Part shown: positions 62,231 through 64,000 of the stretch, one piece after another
Position numbering within the stretch: position 1 is the first letter of the stretch
Layout of the letters: each line of letters starts with the position of its first letter
Source of the DNA: the human T2T-CHM13v2.0 reference genome, Homo sapiens
DNA length: 64,000 nucleotides
Direction: 5' to 3' (one strand)
NCBI RefSeq assembly: GCF_009914755.1
Contig: NC_060925.1
Translations under genes and position numbers: made by a program
Notes under the pieces: model-generated
The model's database searches: none
What the model was told of the DNA's origin: nothing
What the model saw: the letters and a program-made list of their open reading frames with translations, nothing else

Positions 62231-64000
62231 AATGTGAACTTATTTTAAACTATTTGTCAGGCAATTCGTGTATCTCTAATTCTTTAGGGTCAGTTACTAG
62301 AGTTTATTGGTTCCTTTGGTGGTATCATCTTTCCGAAATTCCTTATGATCCTTGTATTCTTGCAAAGGTGTCTGTGCATTTGATGAAAAAGTTACCTCTT
62401 CCAGACTTTATGGGCTGCCATCAGTAAGGAGAGACCTTCACCTGTGGGTGTGGAGAGAGGGTAGAGAAGGAGAGAGGCACTCTGGGGCATGCTGTGGCAT
62501 GGGGTCTAAGGGCACAAGATACCAAGTGGTGTGTGTGTGTGGTGACTTGAGGTCTAGGGGGGACACTGAGTCTTGTCAGCCTAGACAGTTAAGAGTCTGT
62601 GACATTGGCACCTGTGTGATCCTTGACGGCAAAAGTTGTGGGAGGTCTGCAGAGGCTGCAAGGGCTACTGGAGTCCTCTGCTGTGCCTCTGTGTCCAGCA
62701 ACAAAGGGCCATGGCTAGCAACAATGAAGGCCAGAGCCAGTGAAATGCACATCCTCTGGTGTAGAGGCTGGCTGCAGACATGCCTCTGGCAGCAGATCCA
62801 GATGTAGCCTCATGCACTGGGGTAAGTGCTGGAGACAGAAACAGGAGATGGGCAAGACTGTAAGAGCACATGTGGGATGGTCAGGGCTGGAAGCTTGCTT
62901 ATCCTCAATTGCAGGGACCAGCTAGGGTTAGGTGACAGGAATTAGACTATCTGTGTATATGTGGGCAGCTGCAGGGCCATCTGTGATTGCAAGCACAGTG
63001 GTAGGGGCAGGAGCCAAGGGGCAAGATCACCTACTTATAGACATAAAACTGTGACAGCCAGGGCTGGCAGCATGCAGTAGCCTAGCTGCTGGGGTAAGCC
63101 TCAGGTACATGTAGTGGTGGGTTTGAAGCCTGTGATGAGTGGTCACAGAGCTGTTTTCAGGCACACATGCAGTAGCTGTGTTGTGTCCCTGGGCCAAAGA
63201 ACCCACAGGGGCAGCAGCTGGGGTGGCTCTGGGGAGGAGGGATTTCAGGTGCTTAGGCACCTGAAAAATACGAAGTCTGCTGAGGAGGGATTCTAGACCC
63301 AAGCAGGAGCAGCTCAGGTGACTCCAGGTGGGGAAGGGAGAGGAGTGGTAGGTCACACACCCAGAGACTGTCAAGGCTGCTGGGCTGTGTTCCCAGGCCA
63401 GAACAACTACAGCAGTAGCAGTCTTGCAGCTCTGGGTCTTTGCCCATTTTTTAACTGGGTTGTTATATTACTTAGTTTTAGGAGTTCTCTATATTTTATA
63501 GACATTGATCCCATATCAGATGTATGATTTGCAAATATTTTCTCCCATTCTGTGGGTTGCCTTTTTAACTCCATTGCTAGTGTTTTTTGATGCACAAAAC
63601 TTTTTAATTTTCACCAAGTCCAATTTCTCTATTTTTTCTTTTGTTACCTGTGCCATTAGTGTCATACCAAGATATCATTGCCAAATCCAATGTCATAAAA
63701 CTTTTGCCCTATGTTTTCTTTTAACAGTTGTATTGTTTTAGATCTTACAGTTAGGTCTTTCATATATTTTGAGTTTAGTTTTGCATATGATATTAGGTAA
63801 GGGTCCAACTTCATTCTTTCGCATGTGGATATCCAGTTTTCCCAGTACCGTTTGTTGAAAAAACTTCCCTTTCTCCATTGAATGGGATTAGTGCCCTTGT
63901 CAAAAACCATTTTATCATAATATGCTGGTATGTTGGGGCTCTCTATTATATTCCATTGGGCTATATGTTAGTCTAGCACTGTACTGTTGAGATTACTGTA
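62231..64000 (-). mobile_element. Old L1 fragments: probable 5'UTR/ORF1-start region (about 62231-63430) and ORF2 3' part (about 63435-64000)
   Basis: ORFs 63407..63595(-) (KRQPTEWEKIFANH) and 63662..63910(-) (FDKG..IQWRK.S.FNK..WENWIS.C.RMKLDPY) are L1 ORF2-like. The call for the upstream part is less certain. Confidence 0.8.

Noticed and set aside
62352-63527. Cluster of overlapping ORFs up to 151 aa in a GC-richer stretch
   Set aside because: No recognisable domain or splice structure. It lies between L1 fragments and resembles a decayed L1 5' region.

Overview
Human (primate) genomic DNA, AT-rich, lying entirely inside the FAF1 gene (Fas-associated factor 1, a p97/VCP UBX-domain cofactor), which is transcribed on the minus strand. 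I read six coding exons with canonical GT-AG boundaries: 58742-58616, 57646-57583, 56630-56549, 41162-41008, 13347-13211 and 9075-8987 (probably exons 10-15). They splice into one open 218-codon frame, QITDVHMVSDSDGDDFEDA...QQQEDIKDE, covering the acidic FFAT-like motif, the UAS domain and the start of the coiled coil. The rest is intron: about 30 Alu elements, old L1/L2/L3(CR1)/MIR fragments, Tigger/Charlie/MER DNA transposons, LTR fragments, microsatellites and a full-length processed U6 snRNA pseudogene. Several repeat-free, motif-dense blocks look like conserved developmental enhancers, plausibly serving the neighbouring gene DMRTA2. The most notable items are a near-perfect young AluYc1-type insertion that is probably polymorphic, the antisense U6 copy just downstream of a 5' splice site, the candidate enhancer blocks, and exon phases that would allow stop-free circular RNAs. 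Apart from the two ORFs overlapping FAF1 exons, the ORF track is repeat-derived or chance. I found no convincing novel protein-coding system. Repeat subfamily names and boundaries are by eye and approximate.
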